A program made the translations under genes and the position numbers. Below are positions 53,069 through 64,000 of a stretch of DNA of 64,000 bases, piece by piece (the stretch's first letter is position 1; every line of letters starts with the position of its first letter). Under the pieces are notes generated by a model. The model was not told the origin of the DNA and searched no databases. It saw only the letters and a program-made list of their open reading frames with translations. This DNA comes from Oopsacas minuta (lineage: Eukaryota; Animalia; Porifera), in NCBI GenBank assembly GCA_024704765.1, contig JAKMXF010000044.1, positions 62,001-126,000 of the forward strand, in the 5' to 3' direction.

Positions 53069-55610
53069 TTTCTTTGGATGATATATTGAACCTGGATACC
53101 ATGGAAGAAACATTTGAAACACTGCAACTACACTCAATCTATGAAAATATCGACTCTGAGCTACTTCAATTGAAACCTCGAATACTATCAGCCCTTGTCA
53201 ATAACGCCTACTTAACCCAACTACATGAGAAACTCGCTACAAAAGCTGTATCTCTAACTTCATTGAATTTACTATATTCTTACCATCCACCCAACGAACT
53301 AAATTTTGAGATTAAGGAGAAAACTCGCTGTATCAGCCGGTAATTGGTACACAGAAGATCGTTCCTCTTATCCTACTGAAATACCTGAAGAGACACGAAG
53401 AGATCTTGACTATCCAATTGCTGTTCTATTACCAGTAATAATTGAGTTAATATTCCCAACTGAGCATGTTCATGAGATCATTGAAATACCAGAACAATCT
53501 ATACAAAATGCATCAGATCTTATCCCATATCCTGAATGGGGAGGAGAGTATAACAACATCGTGCAATCTAGCACCTGTTCTATCGACAATATATTGGCCA
53601 TTCTTCGTTCGAATGGAGCAACCATCATAGACTCACTGGGGTTAATCGGGAGTACAGGGTGACAAATAAGTTCTGATACATAGTTCCAATAGATCTGATA
53701 CGTTACCAATATATTATATTACCATTTCTATTATTTATATTCTAACATATATGTCTTCCTGTTATGCTCAAACAGTAATCTAAATCTATACACGCATAAA
53801 ATCAGAAATATCAACATGGAAGTAAAGAGGTCAAAAATTATCTTATTATTTATGACCGGGAGCACACAGAGCGAGATTTTGAAAAGTCTGAAAAGTGAAA
53901 AGATCAACAGATTATTCATTTATCGTACTATTAAACGATATAACGATACCAAAAGTGTGGAAGACAAGCCTCGTTCTGGCCGACCGACTACAGTTCGTAC
54001 GAGAGCACTAAGGGAAAAACTCCGCAGTAAAATCCGTAGAAATCACAGGCGGTCAATCCGGAAGATGGCAAGGGAGTACTCTGTTAATCGCGAAACATTG
54101 CGAAAGGTGATACATGAGGACCTGGAACTTAAATCACTCAAACGGCAAACAGTTCATCATCTCACTCCCACTCTTTGGGTAAAAAGACTTGAAAGGTGCA
54201 AAAGGCTTCTGCGGCGCCTCGTAAATGAAGATGATGAACACATATTGTTTTCGGACGAAAAGATTTTCACGGTAGAAGAAGCAACTAACCGTCAAAATGA
54301 TAGAATTATTGCGTCATCATGCAAAGACATCTCTGAGAGCATTAAATTCATCGATCGAGTGCAAAGACCGCTTTCTGTGATGGTCTGGGCTGGGGTGTCC
54401 GCAGATTCTCGGACAAAATTAACTCGCAAACATATAGAGAGTTGATTCTTGAGCGTGAAATCAAATCTGCTGGTTCATCCTTGTTCAAAAATACCCCCTG
54501 GATATTCCAGCAGGACTCTGCGCCAGCGCATGTCTCGAAAGCAACTCAATCCTGGCTTTTAGGGGAAAATATTGACTTTTTGTCCAAGGAAGAATGGCCT
54601 CCTTCAAGTCCGGATTTGAATCCACTTGACTATTCCATCTGGGGGACTTTACAGAGCAGAGTCTGTGCTACTCCCCATGGAAATTTGGGATTACATTTGA
54701 TTACAGAATGGGAGAAAATTCCGCAAGAAGAACTCCGTAAATCTGTCCAACAGTTTCAAGGACGACTTAAAGCTGTAGTAAAGGTAAAAGGCGGTTATAT
54801 CGAATAGAATTGGATAGGAAGATTTATTATAATATGCTTTAACTGTCAGTGAAAATTTGGATTGATAGAATAACTAGTTTAGGGAAAACCAGAGTATATT
54901 CGTGTATCAGAACTTAATTGTCACCCTGTACACATATTAAAGCTGAATTCCACTACATATTCCAATTGGCTGCTAATTGTGAATTTGAGAAACTTCGAGA
55001 ATATGTTGCTACCAAAATTGGGCTTGAAGTTATTTATGATTCCTCAGGATTGATACGGTCTTACGATTTCTTTGGATCAGAGGGTAACATCATCAAATAT
55101 TTACGAACAGAAGATTTGTATAACTACAAATATTTCACTATCTTCCAATGCCACCAATGCACCAATATCTTTGAGACACAATCCATGATTAATAATATAG
55201 GAGACGTTATTACAAACCTGGAATCATCTGTTAATCGAAGTCTCGTTCCTATTAAATGCAAGTCTTGTGGATTAACTACTACTGTCTTAGAGAGGATAAC
55301 TGGTCAATTCAAGTTAATACCTGTCATGCTAACAATTGAAATCGGACATCTACTCGAATTGCCAGACATTTTTGCAAGTGATATTGACAAACACTTTACC
55401 ATCAGTCACAACCAACCGACACTTCACTACCAACTTGCTGGCTTTAGCATATTGAGTAATAGACACTTCTATTCAATCCTTTACCAAAACGGGAAATTCT
55501 ACAAATATGACCGAATGAGAGAACCAATTATCCAACTTTGGGACTGTGCGCTTTCATCGGATCACTCAATACTGTATTCTACCTCTTGCACTCTTCTGAC
55601 TAATTCTTAG
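53069..55610 (+). pseudogene. Ginger 3' exon encoding a USP-like (papain-fold) cysteine-protease domain, interrupted by a DD37D element
   Basis: Cys-box-like STCSIDNILAIL, two CxxC pairs (CHQC, CKSC) and His/Asp-box-like YQLAG..RHFYSIL..GKFYKYD. Removing 53655-54928 plus one TA joins IGST|HIKAEF in frame. One extra A in an A-run lies near 53315. Confidence 0.65.
53655..54928 (+). mobile_element. maT-type DD37D transposon, near full length
   Basis: 25-bp TIRs CAGGGTGACAA(A/T)TAAGTTCTGATAC with a TA TSD. FQQDSAPAH..WPPSSPDLNPLD has 37-residue spacing. The ORF is broken at about 54420-54445. Confidence 0.93.
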
Positions 55611-56776
55611 CGATTCACGACTCTTTTCCATCATTCGAAAGCGCTCAAAAGCAAGGTACATCGAACCTTGTGGGGACCTCTGCCCGAGGTTATTCAGGCA
55701 GCGCAATCCCTATCATGATGAGCCCAGATAATGGAAACGCGGCCTGCAACAGCACATTCCCAGTGGCGAATATCATCACTCTACCATCTAAGTATATTGC
55801 GAGAAAGACAGCGCAACTGATAAGTCTACGCCGAGACGAAATACAGCATGGAATCAGATACAAACGAGTTTCTTATCAATTTTTATTTTTTTTAATGTCT
55901 CCTTGTCTGTGGCCGTTCGGGGTTCGTTAGCTCCTCGCGTGTCTATTAAATTACGATTTATTGTACGTATTTATTTATGTTGCAGCTTAGAATCGAATTT
56001 GGTGTGATCCCAATCACATCAAACTCGCTCCAACACTGCACACATAAACAAGGTGAGGTTAACGCTAAACGTTTAGCGTTAGGGGATGGCTGTAAGAGGA
56101 AGGAGGAGGCTACCGCAGGTGACTTGTTTTGTTTATAGAAATCTAGTGTTTTCCAGGAGTATGTAGCGTGCCAGAGGCTCGCGGTTTTCATCTCAACTCT
56201 ATATATGTATCAACATTATGCCAAGACTCCCATAACAAATGCATAGTCTACGCATGTCCACTAGATGAACATATTTCAGTGGTTATTCCTTAAAGCTTGT
56301 TAGGAAGTATAGAGAAATGGCCAAAGATGAACTCGCCTACAATTTGTACTTAAGATATTCCGAATATTCATTATCATGCTAATGCTTGTAAAATTTTTAT
56401 TATTTGATAGAATATATTGCAATATATAGATTGACATGCTAAATTATATTATTTATTATGAGTTATTAAATACAATTATCAAATACCTACCACCTGTCCA
56501 AGTAATATTATTATAAAATATTTATATACACTGTCTATTTTTGGCATTTTGGATAATTATACATATTGTAAATTTGTAATACGTAGTGGGAACATAGTTT
56601 ACATGTTATCAAACAAATTCACTATTTTTAGAATACAACTCTAAATTGATTTGTTTATTCAGTTACGTATACGTATAGCTAGTCTAAAGTTGAATTACAT
56701 TACGTACATTTAGTGGTAATTACGTAATGAGAGTGTATGGAATTCGAAAAAGTCAAATGAAAGAGAAGATTACTTT

Positions 56777-56913
56777 AGGGTCAAAATCCTACGACAATAA
56801 TACATTATATGCGGGTCAGAATCCTTCGACAATAATATATTATATGCGAGTCAAAATCCTACGGCTGTAATTAGTGTAATACATTTTGATGCGGGTCAAA
56901 ATCCTACGTAACA
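56777..56913 (+). repeat. Ginger right subterminal repeats
   Basis: Four copies of GGGTCAAAATCCTACG-like sequence about 35-45 bp apart. The last copy forms the TIR. Confidence 0.85.
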
Positions 56914-58117
56914 GCCCTCGCTGGCACAAAAGGTGAATATCAAGGGAAGAGATGGAAAGCAAATGAAATTTTACCATACAATTAATTATGACTATAAACA
57001 GATATTTACCAAAAAATGATTTGTTTCCAAGATATGAATTTGTAGTGCGCCATAGTTCCGGATTACATTTAGAGTTGGTTTGAGTTTCAGTCTTAGCTAA
57101 CAGTTAGAACTTGAAATTCAGTAACCGTGTTTTCGAATTGTTCATGTGTAAAAACATAAGCATAGCAGTATACGCAATTTACAAAATAGTTTCGAGTTAT
57201 CCGAGGCTGATGTCGTGAAGTAGATATCCTAACATTTTGAAATTCTTGTTCAACTGCAAAAAAATTCGAAACGTTTTGAGTCACAAACCAGATAAGCGAT
57301 TGTTCTGAAATTTAACAGAAGTAAAGACATGTTGTTGGCTTGGCCCAGAGTAAATTTCAAACAAACAAGTTGATGGTGGTGAAATGGCTGGTTGATTTTA
57401 GGTGTCCATCTGTTGACAGATATCTTGCTTCCGAAATTTGATTAAAAAACACTGAGTTCTCTAATTAGAATTTCGTTGTAATTGTTACCAATCTTTGACA
57501 TTGTATTTCTCAATAATATTCAGCTAGGATACCGCTGAACTTTGTGCAACTTGTGTGTGCAAACGGGTAGAAGGAGTGTCGTAACAAAGTGTATGATTTT
57601 TGTCCATGGTATGAACGTCTTTCAATACGTCTCAAAATTTGGAATTTCCAAATATTTCCATAGTTTGTGCAGATATCTGAATAAATAGGACAAAATGCCC
57701 AAAGTTCACGACGAAAATCACAATCTACCAAAAAATAAGCTTGCTTACATAATTGATGAAAATTATCGCTTAGAACAACCCTTGAATCCCACAGACAAAT
57801 GTTAAGGAATGATAGACACAACACACTAAATTAGCCATTATAATGGGGTCCTAGTCGCAGTTCAACAACTAAAAAAGTGCTAAAACTATTAAATGATCTT
57901 TGTTGGGTCTTATTAAACTAAAATATATGCTAGCACAACTTTGATATGGTATTAACAAGAAAAAGTCTTCTAGGTCGAGTCAGGAGTTAGAGCCTACTTA
58001 TGTTGAGGTCCAGTTGCACTAGAATTTCAACCTCGAAGATGTCCATATATTTATTTCTTAGATACCATAATGAATAATACAGGCATAAAATTCAAATTCA
58101 CATAAGTGTATATAATG

Positions 58118-58332
58118 CAGGGTTGTATCAACTCATTTTATTGAATGAGTTGGTAACCCTCAAATGAATGAGTTGAATGAATTGATAGTTCAGTGAAATG
58201 AGTTAAAATGAGTTGAATGAGTTGAATGAGTTGGTTATATCCAAATGAATGAGTTGGTGCAATAAAAATGAATGAGTTGGTAGAAAAAAATGCGTTGATT
58301 TTGCCAACTCAAAATGAGTTGATACAGCCCTG
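58118..58332. mobile_element. hAT-type MITE filled with AATGAGTTG repeats
   Basis: TIRs CAGGG(T/C)TGTATCAACTCATTTT and 8-bp TSD ATATAATG/ATGTAATG. Confidence 0.85.
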
Positions 58333-58726
58333 ATGTAATGAAATCTGCAAATATTAGAAACTTTAAAAGTTCATATTAGCTTTAACGGACCTGTCACGGA
58401 AGTTAATTTTCCGTTACTGATGATTAAAGTTAACTTAAAAGTTAATCGTTAACGAGAATTTTAATTCGTTAATCAATGTTTATCGGGTAACCATTTAGTG
58501 CCCAGCTTTGTATATAATACTGTCTGGGCAAAAATATACATACATATCACACACGGCCAAAGTAAATTAGTCTATTAATTGACCATATTTTCCTGAACCA
58601 TGGATTACTTAGAGTCTATTAAATTTACTACACAATCTTTACATAATCCATAATATCAAATTGGTACACTATGGCTCGAATAAATATAATATTGATGGAT
58701 AATAATCAGCACAAGCTATGTCATCC

Positions 58727-60515
58727 GGGAGACGCTCATTTGCGTACATATCATTTGTGTACAATGTATTTATTCACAGTTACATATACTACACATGCGT
58801 ACAAAAGAGTTATTATCTGAAAAAAAGAATACAAGTGATTTTGACATACTTAGACCTTTTGACAGCCATAAACTGTACAAAACGACAGAATACTGGTAAG
58901 AAAAATAATAAATGGCTACAAATGACTTAACCTTTCGATTAGTGTCTTCATCAAAGGGGACAAATAAGTTATCTCATGATGGAACTTATACATGTTCCAC
59001 CGGGGAATATTTAAGAAGGAATGGAGATGCGAGATCCGAAAGGGCAAAGCAAGAGTCCACTCAGTCGATGATTTGATTGTCAAATGTCTGGAGAACATTT
59101 TCATTCAAAAGAAAACGGCAAAGAGGAGGTTGCGATTGCGAAAGAGAACTTAAGGAAACGTGCAAGAGAAACTCGCGATAATCCACATCTAGTTATTGGA
59201 GAAGAAACGAGTTCTCTATTAGAAGCAGCAAATTCTCCATTACCATCACAACATGCTCTAAAGCTGATGTATAAGAGACAACGTACTGGAGCACCAATTC
59301 CACATTCCTTTGAAGATCTAGAATTAAACGCGTCTGATATAAAAACACTACCTGATAAGAACTTCCTATTTTATGACTCTGGACCCGAACCAGAGAGAAT
59401 AGTAATGTTTGCTATAAGAGAAAATTTAGATTTCCTAGCAATGCCAATTATCTGGCTGGCTGATGGGACGTTTAAAACAGTCCCTCTCTATTTACCCAGC
59501 TCTAATCTATTCATTGTCTTGCTGAAGGTCCGAATCCCTTTGCTAATATACACTTACTTCCTTGTATTTACGCATTGCTTCCCAATAAGAAAGCCACTAC
59601 CTATACTAAAATGTGGAAAGTTATTGACGAAGCTTGCCCAAATTCCCAACCTAACTTTCTCTTTACGATTTTGAACAGGAGGTTATTAGTTCTTTTAAAT
59701 CAATTTGGCCACTAACCCAAGTAAGTGTGCTTCTTTCATCTGTCCCAGGCTGTGTTTCGAAAGATACAGTCCTTAGGCCTCCAGTAACAATACCAAAACA
59801 ATACGGAATTTGCCGTACGATGAGAGTGTTAACTTCACTAGCGTTTGTACCACCTGAACTTGTTGGATGGTCGTTTGATCATCTTGTTACGATATTTCCC
59901 GAAAATGCATATCCCCTTTGTAAGTATTTCGAGGAATCATAAACAGGGCTGATGAATCTAAATGGCGATAGAATTCCTCCTTTATTCCCCGTTGATCTTT
60001 GGAGTATTTCCATCTTGTACCTCAAGGATTACCTAGGACTAAAAATTTGGTCGAAGTATGGCACCGTGGATATTTAACTACATGTGATTGTCACCACCCC
60101 ACAATATGGAAATTCATTAAGGCTTTGAAAACTGAACAAGCTAATGTAGAACTGAAACATATGAGATATATTTGTGGAGAAGATCCCAACAAGACAAAAA
60201 AATCCATTCAGAATAAAAAATCGTTAGTAAACTTGGAAATTCTTTCGCAAACAGACCGACACTATTATACCTGCGTGAAGTTTGGTTCAAAATATTACAA
60301 TAAGTTGTGTGTTGGAGTGTTATTTTTGTTACCAACTCTATATTTAATTAAAAGCATTTTACTAATATACAGTTATATCATTAATTAAACTTAGCAATAG
60401 AATTATAGTTATGCTCAAAAAATGGTAAATTGAATGCTGTACGAAAATGTATTAGTCGCAACTGCAAAATTAAAACATTGTACGCAAACGAAATGTACGC
60501 AAAAGTGATAGACCC
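58727..60515 (+). mobile_element. FLYWCH-MULE (Mutator-like) transposon, decayed
   Basis: Perfect 9-bp TSD ATGTCATCC. TIRs GGG...TTTGCGTACAT.TC.TTTG.GTACAATGT. Motifs are WLADGTFKTVP, LAFVPP and RT.NLVE.WH..HHPTIWKFI. Confidence 0.92.
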
Positions 60516-61453
60516 ATGTCATCCAACTATTTCAGGTCGAAATGACGTCATCTATTTGGTTAAAGGGCAATATATTGTGAAAATCCCTCTTTGATGAAGA
60601 TCTGATAAACGATACATAGTGTGTTTTCGATTCCAGAAGAATTCCAAGTGATCTAAGGATGTTTATAAAGAAACCATAAATCTTTTGTAATTATGAAGTT
60701 GGCGCGTTACTGAGTTATATTAAATATCAATGATACCATGTATGCTGCCAATATTCACTTATAACCAGATAATCTCTAGAGTTATGATTAAATCGTCTCG
60801 GCATTATGAACTACATAAGCAAGTTCCCATACACTTATAATATATTGTCATACGATTTCTCGAAATCATCATCAGTAATACTCAATCGTGCTTCAAGATA
60901 TCGTATCAAAATATATCTAAGGGTATGGGAAGTAGTGTATCTAGTACATATTTCTAGGCTGATTTAGCCATAACTTTAGACTATCGAGTTGAAGCGGTTA
61001 TTAGCAAAGCATGTGCAATCCATGATATGATGTAACTCAATAACGTGACAACTCTATAACAACATAATTATATTTTAAGAATAAAATCCTTAGTTTACTT
61101 GAAACTAAATTCTGTAACCGAAGAAACATTAGTGATAATTCATCAGTTCAAAAAGGAGAATTTTAAAAACATATGGTACTTTTAGCCAAATAGATGACCT
61201 CATTTCGTAGTTGGATATGATAGTTTGTGTTGATTATATATTTAAAAGATCAATCATACATATATATTCTAGCTAAAATGTACGAATTTGAATTTATCAG
61301 AGAAAATTAAGATTGCTTATCTAATTAAATAGACTTGAAGTAATGCATGGTTAAATCCATTGAAATGTAATAGTTACGATGTCTGTGGTTATAACGGATA
61401 TCTATCAATGAGTATTTCGTTATTTTGGGCTGATATGCCACTGTAAATAGTAC

Positions 61454-62116
61454 CTGTATACAAAGAGATCCAATCTTGTATTTTGACAAAGTTGAATGAA
61501 AGGATGAAAATGAAGATAAACAAAAATATATATATATAATATTGATGGTTAGTTTAATACTTTTCTTCCAGTTTTCGCGGAGTACACGAGCCAAAGCTCC
61601 AAATAACACTTCATCTTGAGTTAAGAATAATAAGTTATCTGGTTGCCTTGCAAGGTACAAAAGAGAACTACTTGCGAGAACCATTTGTGGAACACTATCA
61701 TACAATTTATCAAAATAGAGGTGGATATTCGAAATATCACATCTTTCAAGTTGAAAAATAGAAAGATCTCGATAATTACTTGGGGATATTTCGGGAATAG
61801 GATGAGAAATATGATTATCACGATCAATTAAGAAAATAATACAATTTTTAAGATCTACAATAAAGGATGGATTGAGTAATCCAATAGAGTTGGAAATAAT
61901 CCATTGAGCAATTAGATGTACATTTGACAGGCGATCGAGGCCAACCAACCGAATAAACTTTTGACAATCTACCAGTTGATTGATTTTCGGCTCGTCACAA
62001 TGAGATATCACACTTAATTCAAGGGTATAACTAATTATGATAATAGATTCAGTATGATGAACATCAATAGGTCCGATAGAAAACAATCTCTTTTGAGCAA
62101 TATAGGAAGGTTCCAT
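61454..62116 (-). CDS. KIFAP3: KAP3/KIFAP3-like protein, first coding exon (221 codons)
   Basis: ATG at 62116. MEPSYIAQKR..GPIDVHHTE..CQKFIRL..LARQPDNL..LFGALARVLRENWKKSIKLTINIIYIYFCLSSFSSFH..YKIG matches the KAP3 N-terminus (GNIDVHPSE, CQKIIRL, LARNPDNL, LGALARVLREDWK). Similarity stops at the donor site. Confidence 0.93.
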
Positions 62117-62745
62117 AAGTCTAAAATAAGAAATAGGAGTGAACAAAATTATATATTAAGGAAGTACCTCTGGAATAGTGCATGTTTGCCAGAAAACGTA
62201 AAGGATATGTTAGAATAATGGAATGAAAGGAAATCAAGCAAACTAGTCATTCCAGTGATCATGTGACAAAGTCAGCCGGGTCAGTCCAATCCAGGCTATG
62301 ACTCCTTCGATTATGCGAAGCGCAAATAAGCATATCAAACGTGACTTCTGAAAATTACTACCAGAATAAGAGGGACTTAGATAAGTGCTCTAATATCATG
62401 GGCACAAAGAAAGGTCTATTAATTAGCCAGTACAGATGAAACAGTCAACAAGATTAAAAAATAAATAGACCCACGAAACCTTCAGAATTGTATCATCTAT
62501 TAAATAAATAAGTTTATAGAAACAAATTCCAAGTAACGAGAGGTCCTAGCAACAAAAGTCCCGGGAGTTTTGTTCTAGGCATCGAAAAATCAGCGAGGAA
62601 AATTTTGATAGGAATAAGAAGCATATAACTAAATGATTCCTAATCTTATGGTTATCTATAAATGCGTTATCAAATTATGACAATATTTAAGAAAAGGCGG
62701 TGGTTAGAATACCGGCAACGGCACTATAATGATTATTTCTTAGAG

Positions 62746-63345
62746 TGGAGGCAACTGTACCCAACTTTTTCTTCTTGTAGTGCAGGCAATAGCATTGTAA
62801 GCTAGCTATGTACATATTCTTTTCGTTATGGGTGATGATGATCAACAAGTATACCATGAAATAAATATTTTAACTACTTCAACGTGTTCATATATGTCAA
62901 ATTGCAAAATGATTGGTAGTATATAATAAAGGTGCATATTTCATTAACCTGAAAGAAATCATGCAAGCAATGTGTTGACAATACTAATTGTCCTAAATAC
63001 CTTCCTGCTACAATAACCTGCAATGTGATACATTCCATAAGCCACGCAAGTTACTACACAATAAATATCTTCCATTGCATAGCCACCACCAACCTTGTAC
63101 GTACATGCAGGCATGTTATTCATGCCTCCACTTGTAAGCAAATAGATTAGTTTTAAATTTTCAATTCCATTGGGATATAATCATTATCATGCACTTGTAT
63201 TGTTAATTCGATGTACAATGATGGTAAAGGATTATTTACTCATGATATACTCGTAGATCATCATCATAGCCATAACGAAAAGAATATGCACATAGTATAA
63301 GCATTCTGTAATGCCAAAATTATTATTGTATGGCTTCCTCCAATA
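62746..63345. repeat. Imperfect long inverted repeat (old MITE-like element)
   Basis: 62790-62870 is the approximate reverse complement of 63235-63310 (CATATTCTTTTCGTTATGG..TGATGATGATC). Confidence 0.6.
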
Positions 63346-63489
63346 AATGAAAATTAGTGTAACTTTCTCAATTCTTGACCGATTGTTGCGTTCTTTTTAC
63401 CTATCTTCATTATTTTCTAAGTAGTACCACAATATAATAACCACATTTTCATCATGGTGTGCATTACTCTAGTTGTACCCCGAATTATT

Positions 63490-63585
63490 GAGGTTTTTTC
63501 TATACAAAAGTGTTACGTGACCAGAAATAATGTCGGTTTAGGGAATTCCAGATTACACAGGTGTCGGATTTCGGAAGTTTCACTG
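63490..63585. repeat. Right end of a second pogo-MITE copy
   Basis: Similar to 25670-25770 and ends TTTCACTG|TA. Confidence 0.65.
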
Positions 63586-64000
63586 TATTTCATAATTTAA
63601 CTTTGAAATCATAGCTCATCATTTCGTTTTGCAGAGTTAGCATTTTTCCAACATATCTGCCTGTTAGGCGATCACATGACATATTTTGACCAGAAAATAT
63701 GTTCTAGATTAGAAATCTTTGAGTCATTATCACATTTGTGAGACTTGATGATAGCTTCATAATATTTGAGAATAGCATGTGTTGACTTCGAATCAACTAC
63801 AAAGCACTTCTTATTTATCCCTGGGCCAGAAAATAGTTGTAGTTTCCAGTCCTATTATTATATAGTTCACTGGATGACCCTGTTACTACTCAAATAATTT
63901 CAAACATATTGGAAATGTTTCGCATATACTATATATAATTGTAACACATACTATATACATTTGTTCAACATTTGATGTTCTTCAATTATGTAATACATTT

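Larger units (their letters stand above)
44879..56913 (+). mobile_element. Ginger-type (gypsy-integrase-related) DNA transposon with introns and nested insertions
   Basis: Ends are TGTTGCGTAGGATTTGACCCGCA and TGCGGGTCAAAATCCTACGTAACA, with a perfect 4-bp TSD GCCC (44875-78 and 56914-17). It encloses integrase exons and a protease-like ORF. Confidence 0.9.
249..61453 (-). other. Predicted 61,205-bp phase-0 GT-AG intron of the KAP3-like gene
   Basis: Donor CAG|GTACTA at 61454/61453 and acceptor TTTAG|ATA at 249/248. The spliced product ...KYKIGSLCIQ|IIQQIL... aligns with KAP3 ...HYKIGALCMN IIDHEL... with no obvious missing exon. Confidence 0.8.

Noticed and set aside
55980-56030. Minus-strand CDWDHTKFDSKL resembling viral RdRp motif A
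   Set aside because: It is flanked by stops, and no motif B or GDD follows at plausible spacing.
56777-58332. Spaced short repeats as a CRISPR-like array
   Set aside because: The context is eukaryotic, the repeats lie within transposon termini or a MITE, the spacers are related to each other, and there are no cas genes.
61325-61453. C-terminal tail of the 273-aa ORF in the track
   Set aside because: KAP3 similarity stops at a strong donor (CAG|GTA). The tail is intron read-through.
62117-62146. Upstream non-ATG start of the KAP3 ORF
   Set aside because: The ATG at 62116 aligns with the N-terminus of known KAP3 proteins.

Overview
AT-rich eukaryotic DNA, probably animal (inference; the taxon cannot be fixed from this window). 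There are no prokaryotic features. Almost the whole window is one predicted 61,205-bp intron (249..61453, minus strand) of a kinesin-II accessory subunit gene (KIFAP3/KAP3). The first coding exon is at 62116->61454 and the next exon runs from 248 off the left edge. The two join in phase 0 at canonical GT/AG sites and give a continuous KAP3-like protein. The intron is packed with decayed, often nested DNA transposons (about 70% by a rough hand tally). These are Tc1/mariner (DD34D, DD34E, DD37D, DD37E), Tigger/pogo, four hAT types, two THAP/P-like elements, two FLYWCH-MULEs, two Transib/RAG1-like relics, Helitron-like repeats and MITEs. I recognised no reverse transcriptase. The most striking object is a 12-kb Ginger-type element (44879..56913; TGT...ACA ends, GCCC TSD). 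Its gypsy-like D,D35E integrase gene is split by spliceosomal introns and followed by a USP-like cysteine-protease domain. It hosts five larger nested insertions up to three levels deep. Also notable are a RAG1-like transposase split into two oppositely oriented halves next to an RSS-like motif, a MULE transposase with a C-terminal RING finger, and a foldback MITE family with ~400-bp arms. Family calls come from motif recognition by eye; no database searches were run.
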